In this document: positions 10,985 through 20,917 of the stretch, one piece after another
How the letters are laid out: the number at the start of each line of letters is the position of its first letter
How positions within the stretch are numbered: position 1 is the stretch's first letter
Source: Sulfurihydrogenibium sp.
GTDB lineage: Bacteria > Aquificota > Aquificia > Aquificales > Hydrogenothermaceae
DNA: 51,781 nucleotides
NCBI RefSeq assembly: GCF_027448985.1
Contig: NZ_DAIDMN010000001.1
Coordinates: forward strand, 1 to 51,781
Direction: 5' to 3'
Notes under the pieces: model-generated
The model's database searches: none
What the model was told of the DNA's origin: nothing
The model's input: the letters and a program-made list of their open reading frames with translations, nothing else
Translations under genes and position numbers: made by a program

Positions 10985-11837
10985 TGTTCAGCAAATACAG
11001 GGTAGTAGCTAAAAGGCTGCTACTTGTTATTATAAATGTGTGAACTAAAAAAGCTGAAAGTAAGGCAATTTCCCTTAATGTACCTAAGAATATAAGAATT
11101 CCTGCATACCCTGTTTCGTAAGTTCCTATTCCGGCTATTCCGTGAATAGGTAATACAGTTGTTAAATCTGCCAAAGAAGAAGCTAAAAAAGATTGTAAAA
11201 TGTTTAATCCGGATTCTTTTGGAAGAATGATATAAAATGCCGAAAATTTAAGTATTACGGTTAAAACCGATAAAAGGTAAACCATAACAATGTTTTTAAA
11301 ATTTATCATATTACGATTGTACTCTTTAACTTTTTCATGTTTTATAAATTTTAAAACAACTGGCAAAATAATAAATGAAAATGGAACTAAAATAAAGGCT
11401 AAAATTCCTAAAAATAAAAATCCATTATAAATAAAGTATGTTAATAAAAAAATACCAACCAGTGAAATCCCATCAAAGAATCTCGTTATAATAAAACTCA
11501 TTGTTGACTCAGCGATATGAACCCCCTCTTTTTTAAGCATATAGAAGAAAGAAATCTCTCCTGTCCTAAAAGGTAGAATTATATTAAAAAAAGTGTTGAA
11601 AACTGTTAATTTAAAAAGTTTATAGAAATTTTTAATGCTTAATGTATACTGCCACCTATAAGTTCTAGCTATATAACTAAAAATGTAAAAAACAAATGCC
11701 AAAATTAGTTGTTGAAATGTAAGCAATTGAAAAAAACTAAATATTTTATCAAAGCCTACTACTCTTTGAAAAAAGTATAAAAATAATCCACTGATAAAGA
11801 TTGATAAAAGGAGTTTTATTATTTTTATTTTATTCAT
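10971..11837 (-). CDS. lysylphosphatidylglycerol synthase TM-domain / UPF0104 flippase-like membrane protein
   Basis: RTYRW, NIILPFRTGE, TRFFDG, GIGTYE motifs; follows a GT2 gene. Confidence 0.85.
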   Translation of the reverse strand: MNKIKIIKLLLSIFISGLFLYFFQRVVGFDKIFSFFQLLTFQQLILAFVFYIFSYIARTYRWQYTLSIKNFYKLFKLTVFNTFFNIILPFRTGEISFFYMLKKEGVHIAESTMSFIITRFFDGISLVGIFLLTYFIYNGFLFLGILAFILVPFSFIILPVVLKFIKHEKVKEYNRNMINFKNIVMVYLLSVLTVILKFSAFYIILPKESGLNILQSFLASSLADLTTVLPIHGIAGIGTYETGYAGILIFLGTLREIALLSAFLVHTFIITSSSLLATTLYLLNIKKI

Positions 11838-12810
11838 TCTTTTGAATAATTTCTTTTATTACATAAGGTTTTTTCCCTTGAGACTCGTAATAAGTTCTTA
11901 TGATTAACTCAGCTATAATACCAGTTGAAATCAGATTTATTCCTGTTAAAAATATCAAAACTCCAAATATTAAAAGAGGTCTATTCCCTATTGAATGTCC
12001 TAAGCACACCTTTTCACAGGTAAGGTACAACAATATTAAAAATCCAACTATTAAAAATAAAAATCCAAATCCACCAAATACCCTTAAAGGTTTATTTCTA
12101 TAGTCTAATAAAAACTTTACCCATATTAAATCAAGGATAACTTTAAATGTCCTTGATATACCATATTTTGACTTTCCGTAAATCCTAGGATGATGTTTAA
12201 CAGGAATTTCTGTTATGTTTGCACCTACAACTTTTGACAGTGCAGGTAAAAATCTGTGCATTTCACCGTAATAATCTAAACTCTTTGCAACTTCTGCTTT
12301 GTAGGCTTTAAGAGAGCAACCGTAATCATGTAGATGTACACCTGTCACTTTTGAAATTAGCCAGTTGGCAATTCTTGATGGTAGTGTCCTACTTAAAAAA
12401 GCATCTTTTCTGTCTTTTCTCCAACCACTGACAACATCGTATCCTTCATCTATCTTTTCAAGAAGTTTAGGAATATCTTCTGGGTCGTTTTGTAGGTCTC
12501 CATCCATCGTTATTATTATTTCACCTTTTGCTTTATCAAATCCGGCTGCCATAGCTGCCGTTTGACCAAAATTCCTCCTGAAATTTATTCCTACTACATG
12601 AGGGTCTTTTTCTGCAATTTCTTTAATAATTTCCCAAGACCTATCTTTACTTCCGTCGTTTACAAATATTATTTCATAGGTTTTGTCTTTGTATTTTTCT
12701 TGACGAAAAAGATTTTCTATTACATCTTTAATTTTTTTATAAAGTATGGGAAGATTTTCTTCTTCGTTGTAAATTGGTACCACTATGGATAAGTAAATCT
12801 TTTTATCCAT
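11830..12810 (-). CDS. GT2 polyprenol-phosphate glycosyltransferase (ArnC/DPM-like)
   Basis: SIVVPIYNEEEN, VNDGSKD, RNFGQTAA, MDGDLQNDP, two C-terminal TM helices. Confidence 0.92.
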   Translation of the reverse strand: MDKKIYLSIVVPIYNEEENLPILYKKIKDVIENLFRQEKYKDKTYEIIFVNDGSKDRSWEIIKEIAEKDPHVVGINFRRNFGQTAAMAAGFDKAKGEIIITMDGDLQNDPEDIPKLLEKIDEGYDVVSGWRKDRKDAFLSRTLPSRIANWLISKVTGVHLHDYGCSLKAYKAEVAKSLDYYGEMHRFLPALSKVVGANITEIPVKHHPRIYGKSKYGISRTFKVILDLIWVKFLLDYRNKPLRVFGGFGFLFLIVGFLILLYLTCEKVCLGHSIGNRPLLIFGVLIFLTGINLISTGIIAELIIRTYYESQGKKPYVIKEIIQKNE

Positions 12811-12819
12811 GACTCTCCT

Positions 12820-13725
12820 TTATTTGATTAAAATTTTTATATTTTCTACCTCTGAATTGTTATAATTATTTGACTTTTCTGTTTCTTGCTTTTTATATTC
12901 ATCTTCTATTGGTTTTTCGTAAGAATGTGTATTTTCAATCATATCTAACAAAGTTTTTCTTATTTCTTCTTGTAGTTGTTTGTTTTCTTGTGAAGACTTC
13001 AATGCTTTTTCCAAGTAAAATTTTGCTAAATCTATCTGTCCTAAATCTCGGTAAACTTTTCCAAGTTTAAAATATATTACAGGGTCGTTTAAACTTAGTG
13101 TTAAAGCTTTTGCGTAATATTCTCTTGCAAATTTTAAATAAGAAAGGTCTTTTTTATCTAAATATTTTTCGTAATAGTAATCACCTAAGGCTGTATACGC
13201 ATTTAAATAGTTTGAGTTATACATTATAGCTTTGTTCATGTACTCTAAAAATAAATCCTCTTTTCCGGTATCTTTGTATATTAGTGCCATGTTAAAAAAA
13301 ACTATCTCTTTTCTTTGGTAAGTGGTGTGATTTTCAGCTTTTTTTAAATAGTTTAAAGCATCGTTGTATCTTTTCTGGATTGCAAGTAGTATTCCGTAGT
13401 TTGTAAGTAGTTCCGGAGAGTTTGGATACCTTTCTAAACCTTCTTTAAATACAATCTCTGCTTTTGTAAACTCTCCGGCAAATTGGTAAGCTAATGCTAA
13501 AGAGTTGTATACATCCGGATTTTTGTAGGTTTGAATAGCTTTTTCTAAATATGAGATAGCCATTGCGTTGTTACCACTTGTTAGGTAAGAGACTCCCATA
13601 TCGTACAGATATCTTCCTTCGTTAGAAGACGTTTCTTGATAAGGATAATCCACATTTTGTGTTCCAGCACAACCAAAGATGTTAAAAACGTTTAAAAAAG
13701 CCACTAAGTAAATTATTTTTTTCAT
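12820..13725 (-). CDS. TPR-repeat lipoprotein (PilF/PilW-like)
   Basis: Lipobox-like IFGC after a hydrophobic leader; several TPR repeats (YNSLALAY, LTNYGILL, YFKLGKVY). Confidence 0.8.
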   Translation of the reverse strand: MKKIIYLVAFLNVFNIFGCAGTQNVDYPYQETSSNEGRYLYDMGVSYLTSGNNAMAISYLEKAIQTYKNPDVYNSLALAYQFAGEFTKAEIVFKEGLERYPNSPELLTNYGILLAIQKRYNDALNYLKKAENHTTYQRKEIVFFNMALIYKDTGKEDLFLEYMNKAIMYNSNYLNAYTALGDYYYEKYLDKKDLSYLKFAREYYAKALTLSLNDPVIYFKLGKVYRDLGQIDLAKFYLEKALKSSQENKQLQEEIRKTLLDMIENTHSYEKPIEDEYKKQETEKSNNYNNSEVENIKILIK

Positions 13726-13732
13726 AAATACT

Positions 13733-13741
13733 ATTATACCA
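13733..13741 (-). promoter_or_regulatory. extended -10 promoter (TGGTATAAT), probable leaderless start
   Basis: Perfect TGnTATAAT 7 nt upstream of the ATG at 13725; no SD. Confidence 0.6.
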
Positions 13742-13746
13742 TTGAT

Positions 13747-15120
13747 TTAATCTTCTAAAGATATTTCCAAATCTTTGATTTTTTTAGTTATAGTGTTTCT
13801 GTGAAGTCCAAGGTATTCAGCTGCTTTTGAGACATTTCCATTTGTAAATTTTAAAGCTTCTTTTATTAGGATGTATTCAGCTTCTTCTATTAGTTTGATA
13901 TATATATTTTTTCTTCTTCTGGTTAGCATTTTTCTTGCTTCTATTAAAAATCCACTCCTCCAATCTGATGTTTTTTCTTCTTCACCTTTTATGTTTGCAG
14001 GTAGTAAATCAGGAGTGATTGGTCTTTCTCTGTAAAGGGCTATAAGTTTAAAAACAAGGTTTTTAAGTTCTCTTACATTTCCGGGCCAGCTATAGTTTGT
14101 TAAAAACTTTATAGATTCGGAAGTAAATCCTCCGGAAGAAAGTCTGTATCTTTCTAATGCCTGTTTTGTAAAAAGTTCTACCAAATCCGGAATATCTTCT
14201 TTTCTTTCTCTTAACGGTGGTACTCTTATTTCTATTACAGATAACCTGTAAAACAAATCTTCCCTGAACTTTCCTTCTGCTACAAGCTTTATCAGGTCTT
14301 TGTTGGTTGCTGTTATAATTCTTACGTCTACTTTTATACTTTTGTTTGAGCCTAGAGGTTGGATTTCCATTTCTTGAATCGCTCTAAGCAGTTTTGCCTG
14401 AGATTCTAGTGGAAGTTCTCCTATCTCATCTAAAAACAAAGTTCCTCCGTTTGCTTGAAGAAACTTTCCTTCCCTTGACTTATCTGCTCCGGTAAATGCT
14501 CCCTTTTCAAATCCAAACAGTTCACTTTCTACAAGTCCGATAGGAATGGATGCCATGTTTAGAGCAATGAATGGTCTGTTGGACCTGTCTGAGTATTTAT
14601 GTATAAGATTGGCTATTACTTCCTTTCCTGTTCCACTTTCTCCTGTTATTAAAACTGGGTCTTTTGAACTTGCCGCTCTTCCGACTATTTTAAACACTTC
14701 TTTCATCGCTGAGCTTTTTCCTATTATCTCTTCTTGAGGAATATCGGATACTACCTTGGCTTTTATACTTTCTCTTATTTCGTTTATTACTTGTTTTATT
14801 CTTTCTATATCAAAAGGTTTGATTATATAATCAAAGGCTCCATGTTTCATAGCTTGAATGAGATATTTGTACTCGGAATGTCCCGATATAATAACCACAT
14901 AAGGATGATTTTCTAAAGATGTGATTTGTTGTAAAATGTCTAAACCATTAGAATCTTTGAGTCCTATATCTAAAAAAATAAAATCCGGATTTATCTCTTT
15001 TACTTTTTCTATAGCATCTAAGCCTTTTTCGTAATCGTAAACTTCTATGTTTTCTTTGTTTAAGATTCTTTTTAATATGTTTCGTGTAGTTTTTTCATCT
15101 TCAAAAACTATTGCTTTCAA
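13747..15120 (-). CDS. NtrC-family sigma54-dependent response regulator
   Basis: Receiver domain, GESGTGKE Walker A, GAFTGA, FLDEIGE, WPGNVREL, Fis-type HTH. Confidence 0.95.
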   Translation of the reverse strand: MKAIVFEDEKTTRNILKRILNKENIEVYDYEKGLDAIEKVKEINPDFIFLDIGLKDSNGLDILQQITSLENHPYVVIISGHSEYKYLIQAMKHGAFDYIIKPFDIERIKQVINEIRESIKAKVVSDIPQEEIIGKSSAMKEVFKIVGRAASSKDPVLITGESGTGKEVIANLIHKYSDRSNRPFIALNMASIPIGLVESELFGFEKGAFTGADKSREGKFLQANGGTLFLDEIGELPLESQAKLLRAIQEMEIQPLGSNKSIKVDVRIITATNKDLIKLVAEGKFREDLFYRLSVIEIRVPPLRERKEDIPDLVELFTKQALERYRLSSGGFTSESIKFLTNYSWPGNVRELKNLVFKLIALYRERPITPDLLPANIKGEEEKTSDWRSGFLIEARKMLTRRRKNIYIKLIEEAEYILIKEALKFTNGNVSKAAEYLGLHRNTITKKIKDLEISLED

Positions 15121-16090
15121 CTTCCATCCTAATTGGTAAAACTATCTCAAAAGTAGAATTTCCTATATATCTTAATACACCTTTATGACTTTTTACAACA
15201 TTGTACGCATTTGCAAGTCCTACACCAGAACCAAACTGTTTTGTTGTGAAGAAAGGTAAAAATATTTTGTCAACTATTTCTGTAGGTATTCCTTTTCCAC
15301 TATCTTTAATTTTTATGGATACTTTGTTCATCTTTGGGGAAAAGATAGGGTCGTTTGATAACCCTGTATATATGGTTATTTTTCCTTCCTGATTGATTGC
15401 TTCTATTGCATTTTTAATGAGATTTTCTATAACTGAGGTTATTTTTTCTTTGTCTATTGGAATATCCGGAAGGCTTGGGTCGTACACTCTTTCAAATTTT
15501 ACACTTTTATAAATAGCTTGGTATTTTTTTATAAGTTTGTCAATTATCTTGTGTATGTTTTCGTACTCAAGATTTAGTCGTACTGGCTTTGATAAGTAAG
15601 AAAGTTGATTTATAAAATCTTCAATCCTTTTTACCTCATAAAGTATATCATCTAAGACTTCTAATTCATCCGGATTTTGTTTTAAAAATTGGGTTGCGGC
15701 TTTTATTCCGGTGAGAGGTCCTTTTATATCGTGAAACAGTTCTACCAAAAATTTTGAAACTGTAGTTAAAGTTCCTTCTTTTTTGGTTTCATCTTCAACT
15801 TTCAAAAGTCTTGTAATATCTTTTATCAAAACGATGAATGAATTACTTTCCAAAGGATAAACATCTATTAAAAAAGAAAGATTGTCAACGTTTAAAATAT
15901 AATTTTTTACGGATATACCTTCTTTAAGATATTTTATGGAAATCACTTCAGTTATCAATTTTTTTACATCTAAGAAAAAATAACTATCAAAAGCTGGATT
16001 TGAGTATAGAATCTTTCCCTCGTTATCAATAACAATTACAGGTTCTTGAAAATTCTCTAAAATTTCCTTTTCATACATTAAGCTCTTCAC
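15101..16090 (-). CDS. NtrB-like cytoplasmic sensor histidine kinase (PAS + HisKA + HATPase)
   Basis: HDIKGPL H-box, NLIKNAIEA N-box, DSGKGI, FFTTK, GSGVGL; overlaps the regulator. Confidence 0.92.
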   Translation of the reverse strand: MKSLMYEKEILENFQEPVIVIDNEGKILYSNPAFDSYFFLDVKKLITEVISIKYLKEGISVKNYILNVDNLSFLIDVYPLESNSFIVLIKDITRLLKVEDETKKEGTLTTVSKFLVELFHDIKGPLTGIKAATQFLKQNPDELEVLDDILYEVKRIEDFINQLSYLSKPVRLNLEYENIHKIIDKLIKKYQAIYKSVKFERVYDPSLPDIPIDKEKITSVIENLIKNAIEAINQEGKITIYTGLSNDPIFSPKMNKVSIKIKDSGKGIPTEIVDKIFLPFFTTKQFGSGVGLANAYNVVKSHKGVLRYIGNSTFEIVLPIRMEVESNSF

Positions 16091-16967
16091 AAGTTTTTAA
16101 AAGTATTATACCATTGTAATCCTTTCCTTCCCATACTTTTGACCTCAGAATAAATCCAATACCTTCATGACCATCTTTTGTAATGGAAGTTATTGTTCCA
16201 ACAGGTTTTTCGTCAAAAGTTATTTTTTCTCCTTCTTTTACATTTTTGCTGAATGAGAATTTTGCCATCACTCTTGGAGGCTTTCCTCTGTAATAAACTC
16301 TTGCAATAGCTTCTTGTCCTACATAACACCCTTTATTTAAGCTTATAGCGTATTTCCATATGTTTGTTTCTAAGGGTAGTATGTTTTCTTTTAATTCTTT
16401 CCCTATTTTAGGAATACAGTTTTTTATTCTTAAATCTTCAAAATCATTTTCATTTATCTGTAGATTTTTATCTAACTTTTCAACTATTTCATCAATGTTA
16501 CCAAACAAGTCAAATCCGGATACTCCTAATCTAAGAGGATTGTTTGCAATATAAAACTTATCCGTTTTTTCAAAACTAAATTTTTCAGGTGTAGGCAATC
16601 CTAAATTAGACAAAATTTTCTTAGAATCATCACCAAAGATGTAAAGATGTTTATAATCTAGTATCTCAAAGAATACTTGTAAAGATAGTTTGAGTTTATT
16701 AAACTTTTCTATAAGCTCATTTGGATTTTGGTCTGTATCAATGATAAATTTGTTTTCATCGTTGTAAACAAAAAAATCGAGTAAAGGAGAACCTTTTGAG
16801 TCAAGCATAAAGTTGTAGTTAAACTTTTTATCCGCAAGATTGTTTATATCGTTTGTCAACAAATTGTGTAAAAATGCTTTATGCTCTTCTTGTATACCTT
16901 TTAAATTAAGTTTTGATTTTTTACCTTTAACTAAAATTTTAGAGCGTTTTAGTACTATCCAGTTCAT
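16071..16967 (-). CDS. ygfZ: YgfZ/GcvT-family folate-binding protein
   Basis: KGCYVGQE signature; start placed at ATG 16967 after AAGGAG SD. Confidence 0.88.
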   Translation of the reverse strand: MNWIVLKRSKILVKGKKSKLNLKGIQEEHKAFLHNLLTNDINNLADKKFNYNFMLDSKGSPLLDFFVYNDENKFIIDTDQNPNELIEKFNKLKLSLQVFFEILDYKHLYIFGDDSKKILSNLGLPTPEKFSFEKTDKFYIANNPLRLGVSGFDLFGNIDEIVEKLDKNLQINENDFEDLRIKNCIPKIGKELKENILPLETNIWKYAISLNKGCYVGQEAIARVYYRGKPPRVMAKFSFSKNVKEGEKITFDEKPVGTITSITKDGHEGIGFILRSKVWEGKDYNGIILLKTCEELNV

Positions 16968-17058
16968 CAAAAACTCCTTTACACTTTTGATAAAAATCAA
17001 TGATTTTAAATTAGCTATTATCTTAAAAATTTTTTAATCTTTTCTATGATTTAAATTA

Positions 17059-17100
17059 GTTAGTTGTTGTTAACTAACGGTTTCAGGAGTATGATAAAAT
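17059..17100 (+). promoter_or_regulatory. putative sqr promoter: 7-6-7 inverted repeat plus extended -10
   Basis: GTTAGTT-N6-AACTAAC at 17059-17078; TGATAAAAT at 17092-17100. Confidence 0.4.
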
Positions 17101-17136
17101 TATTAAGATTTTTAAAAAATTTTTTTGGAGGATGCT

Positions 17137-18558
17137 ATGGCAAAAATTGTTATTGCCGGAAGTGGGTTTGCAGGGCACTACGCAGCTCTTATTTTAGGTG
17201 ATAGGCTGAAGGGTCAGCATGAAATTACGGTTGTTACCCCAAATGAGACGTTCAACTACATTCCTTCTCTTATATGGGTTGGCGTTGGACAGATGCCTGT
17301 TGAGAAAACACAGTTTCCCCTAAAACCTGTCTATGATAAGTTCGGTATCAAGTATGAAAGGGCATTTTTAACGGAAGTGCATCCGGATGAAAACTACGTA
17401 ATCATTCAACCTTACGGAACTCAGGATACCAAAAAACTTGACTACGACTATCTTTTGGTAGCAACAGGTCCTAAGCTAAACTTTGATGCAACTCCCGGAC
17501 TTGGACCGGATAAAGGTTATACTTACTCAGTCTGTACACCGCCCCACGCAGTAGAAACAGCAAAAGCGTACTTGGAGTTGGTAAAAAGATTGGAAAAAGG
17601 AGATAAAGCTAGAATAGTTATCGGAACAGGACACGGTACATGTACATGTCAAGGAGCCGGATTTGAGTTTATCACAAACGTTCATAATGATTTGGTAGAT
17701 AGAGGTTTAAGAGACAGGGTTGAGTTGATATGGCTTTCCAACGAACCAAAACTTGGAGATTTCGGTATAGATGGTCTTGAAGCAAAGAGAGGTTCTTTGA
17801 TATTCACTTCTGAAATGATGGCTGAGGCTATATTTTACGATTACGACATCAAGTATGAAATAAGAAGTCATGTTCACAAAGTAGATGAAAAGAAAATATA
17901 CACAGAAAATATAGAAGGAGAGTTTAAAGAGATAGAGTACGACTTTGCAATGTTGTTACCGCCGTTTGCAGGTCAACCTATAAAATGGATAGACAAAGAT
18001 GGAAACGACATTAAAGATAAAGTCTGTAATCCTGCCGGATTTGTAAAAGTTGATGCGGTTTATGGAAAACCTTACGAAGAACTTGATGGTCCAGATTGGC
18101 CCAAAACTTATCAGAACCCTATTTACAAAAACATTTTTGCTGCAGGTATTGCATTTGCACCTCCAGGACCTTTATCTAAGCCAAGTAAATCTCCAAACGG
18201 AACTTTGATAGCACCTGCACCACCAAGAACAGGATACACAGCTGAACTTTCCGGTAAAGCAGCTGCTTTAAACATAATTGATATGATTGAAGGAAGAGAG
18301 CCTCAAAACACAGCATCAATGGCTGAAACTCCAGGACTTTGTGTAGCTTCTATGAAAAATGGTATCTTTGATGGAATGGCAGGAACAATAGCAATTTTCC
18401 CTGTCGCAAGGAACAGAGCAAAATATCCGGAATACGGAAGAGATTTAGACCTTTGTGTGGCAGAACCTGGTAAAGCTGGAGCTTGGTTTAAACTTGGACT
18501 ACACTATGCATTTTTATGGAAACTCCAAGGTAAACCTTTCTGGAAACTAATACCTTAA
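17137..18558 (+). CDS. sqr: sulfide:quinone oxidoreductase (probably type IV/SqrD-like)
   Basis: GSGFAG Rossmann motif, YIPSLIWVGVG, LLVATGP, SVCT, CTCQG, C-terminal Cys; GGAGG SD before ATG 17137; subtype is inference. Confidence 0.88.
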   Translation: MAKIVIAGSGFAGHYAALILGDRLKGQHEITVVTPNETFNYIPSLIWVGVGQMPVEKTQFPLKPVYDKFGIKYERAFLTEVHPDENYVIIQPYGTQDTKKLDYDYLLVATGPKLNFDATPGLGPDKGYTYSVCTPPHAVETAKAYLELVKRLEKGDKARIVIGTGHGTCTCQGAGFEFITNVHNDLVDRGLRDRVELIWLSNEPKLGDFGIDGLEAKRGSLIFTSEMMAEAIFYDYDIKYEIRSHVHKVDEKKIYTENIEGEFKEIEYDFAMLLPPFAGQPIKWIDKDGNDIKDKVCNPAGFVKVDAVYGKPYEELDGPDWPKTYQNPIYKNIFAAGIAFAPPGPLSKPSKSPNGTLIAPAPPRTGYTAELSGKAAALNIIDMIEGREPQNTASMAETPGLCVASMKNGIFDGMAGTIAIFPVARNRAKYPEYGRDLDLCVAEPGKAGAWFKLGLHYAFLWKLQGKPFWKLIP

Positions 18559-18576
18559 AAATAGGAGGAAGATACT

Positions 18577-18720
18577 ATGGCACAGGCAAAATTTAGATTT
18601 TCAGATAGTGACAAAAGAAGAATGCACTCTTTGATTTATCAACTTTTCAGAGCGATAAGTCTTGCTTTTCACTTTTTAAAACTTGTTAAAGTAGCTGAAA
18701 AAGGATATAAAACTCATTAA
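18577..18720 (+). CDS. 47-aa basic amphipathic small protein downstream of sqr (not in ORF track)
   Basis: AGGAGG SD at 18563-18568, ATG 18577, TAA 18718-18720; MAQAKFRFSDSDKRRMHSLIYQLFRAISLAFHFLKLVKVAEKGYKTH. Confidence 0.8.
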   Translation: MAQAKFRFSDSDKRRMHSLIYQLFRAISLAFHFLKLVKVAEKGYKTH

Positions 18721-18726
18721 AAAGAC

Positions 18727-18753
18727 AGAAGCAGTCCTTTATGGACTGCTTCT
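18727..18753. terminator. hairpin between convergent sqr operon and nadD
   Basis: Perfect 11-bp stem AGAAGCAGTCC / GGACTGCTTCT with 5-nt loop; no strong adjacent U-tract. Confidence 0.7.
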
Positions 18754-19365
18754 ATAAAGATTTTTTCTGTGTATATAATCTTCTACTTCCTTTGTTGTTA
18801 GGTACTTTATGGATTTATTCAATCTAACTCTTTCTCTTATCTCTGTTGATGATATATCAATCCTTCGGCTATCGTAAAAGTAAACACCATTTTTAATGTT
18901 CTTTTCATTATAGTAAATATCTGTAAAGTTAAACATTTTTTTTAAGTATTGAAAAATAGTTTTGTAATTGTCTTTACCTCTTCCTACAACTATAAAGTTT
19001 GCGATTTTTAAAAGTTCATCCGGATTTTTCCATTTATGAAGCGTTAAAATAGAATCAGAGCCAAGTATAAAAACAGGTTTATGAGAAAGAATCTGTTGAT
19101 AATGTTTAGCTGTATCTATCGTAAAAGATTTTCCACCTTTTTTTATCTCATAGTCAGACACTTCAAAAAAAGGGTTATCTTTTATAGCTAAATTTAACAT
19201 ATTTACCCTATCTTCCGCTGAAGCATTTGTAAAGGATTTTAAAGGAGAGATAAAAGCCGGAATAAATACTATCTTCTCTAACCCAAAAAATTCCCTTACA
19301 TCTTCAGCAATTCGTAAATGACCCAGATGAACTGGGTCAAAACTTCCACCAAATAGAGCTATCAT
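18739..19365 (-). CDS. nadD: nicotinate-nucleotide adenylyltransferase
   Basis: FGGSFDPVHLGH, ILGSD, ISSTEIR. Confidence 0.96.
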   Translation of the reverse strand: MIALFGGSFDPVHLGHLRIAEDVREFFGLEKIVFIPAFISPLKSFTNASAEDRVNMLNLAIKDNPFFEVSDYEIKKGGKSFTIDTAKHYQQILSHKPVFILGSDSILTLHKWKNPDELLKIANFIVVGRGKDNYKTIFQYLKKMFNFTDIYYNEKNIKNGVYFYDSRRIDISSTEIRERVRLNKSIKYLTTKEVEDYIHRKNLYRSSP

Positions 19366-20825
19366 CTTAAAGATAGTGTTGTGTATATTCTGTTATCACC
19401 TCTTTGAACATAGAGTAAAACGTTGTCTTGTCCTTCTTTTTTTGCTTTACTTACCAAAGACCAAAATTCAGAGGAAGATTTTATCGGTTTTCTGTTTACA
19501 GACAGAATAATATCTCCTGCTTGTAATCCTGCATCTTCAGCGGCAGAACCTTCTTTGACCGCATAAACTAAAACACCGTAATCAACTTTTGGAAGTCCGT
19601 ATTTTCTAATTAAATCCGGAGTTAAATCTTTTACTATTAAACCTACTGTATTTTCTATACTTGTCCCATCTTGCGGTGTTTCTACAGCTGTATCCTCTGA
19701 CTCCAATGGAACCGTAACAACGTCAAATGTAAGCTCTTTTCCATCTCTTATTACTTTGATTTTTAGTTTTGTACCTGGTGGATTTTTCATAATTTGATTT
19801 TGAAGGTCCGCTATGTCTGATATTTTCTTTCCATTTACTTCTACTATTATATCTCCGGCTCTTATTCCGGCTTTATCCGCAGGACCTCCTGGTTGTACGT
19901 TTGATACCAAAACTCCTTCATTTACTCCAAAGTGTTCTGCCAAATCTGCTGTTAAAGGCTGTATTATAACCCCTATCTTGCTTCTTTTTACTTTTCCGTA
20001 TTTTAAAATCTGGTCCATTACCCATTTAGCTTGGTTTATAGGAACTGCAAATCCAAGTCCTTGTGCACCTGCAATTATTGCTGTATTTATTCCTACCACT
20101 TCTCCTTTCACATTTATCAAAGGTCCACCAGAGTTTCCTGGGTTAATAGCAGCATCTGTTTGAATGAATCCTTCTCCAGGTCTGTCCTCTATCTGTCTGT
20201 TTTTGGCAGAAACTATTCCTATGGTTACAGTGTCAGAAAGACCAAGAGGTGCTCCTATTGCAATTACCGTTGAACCTACTTTTAGCTGGTCTGAATCACC
20301 AAGTTTTAGCACATTTTTAGAAGCAAATTCTTCAATACCTTTCTTGAATGGAACCTCTATAAGTGCAACATCACTTAGTTTATCTCCTCCAACCACTTTA
20401 CCTTTTAAAGTCACTTTGTTTTTAAATTGAACCTGTATGTCTTTTGCGTTTTCTACTACATGGTTGTTAGTCAGTAGATAGACCACTTTTTTGTTGTAGT
20501 CGATATCTACTATGAAAGCTGAACCAAGTCCTTGTCTTTTTTGTTTAAACTGGGGAGTATTTGGTATTCCAAAGAAATCTCCAAAAGGCATATCAAAAAA
20601 TGGGTTTCGGACGGTTATTTCTTGTGTTGTAAATACTGTGGCAACTCCGGATGATACAGCTTCTATAAGTTTAACCCTTTCCTCGTCTGCAGCTTGCAGG
20701 TTTGGAAAGTTGTAGGACTTCCCTTGAACGTTTTGCTTATAACCTTCCTGATACTTTTCAAACTGAGCCTTAACTATAAATGTAAGTGCAAGAATTAAAG
20801 CTACGGGTAAAATCAGCTTCTTCAC
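19362..20825 (-). CDS. HtrA/DegQ (Do family) periplasmic serine protease with two PDZ domains
   Basis: TNNHVV, IQTDAAINPGNSGGPL, two PDZ domains; GTG at 20825 follows AGGAGGT SD. Confidence 0.95.
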   Translation of the reverse strand: MKKLILPVALILALTFIVKAQFEKYQEGYKQNVQGKSYNFPNLQAADEERVKLIEAVSSGVATVFTTQEITVRNPFFDMPFGDFFGIPNTPQFKQKRQGLGSAFIVDIDYNKKVVYLLTNNHVVENAKDIQVQFKNKVTLKGKVVGGDKLSDVALIEVPFKKGIEEFASKNVLKLGDSDQLKVGSTVIAIGAPLGLSDTVTIGIVSAKNRQIEDRPGEGFIQTDAAINPGNSGGPLINVKGEVVGINTAIIAGAQGLGFAVPINQAKWVMDQILKYGKVKRSKIGVIIQPLTADLAEHFGVNEGVLVSNVQPGGPADKAGIRAGDIIVEVNGKKISDIADLQNQIMKNPPGTKLKIKVIRDGKELTFDVVTVPLESEDTAVETPQDGTSIENTVGLIVKDLTPDLIRKYGLPKVDYGVLVYAVKEGSAAEDAGLQAGDIILSVNRKPIKSSSEFWSLVSKAKKEGQDNVLLYVQRGDNRIYTTLSLR

Positions 20826-20917
20826 GATTTTTATTACCTCCTGTTTTTTAATCAACTTAGTTCTCCAACAATTGATATAATTATTATAATTTTAATGTGT
20901 TGAGGTTGTGTTAACAA

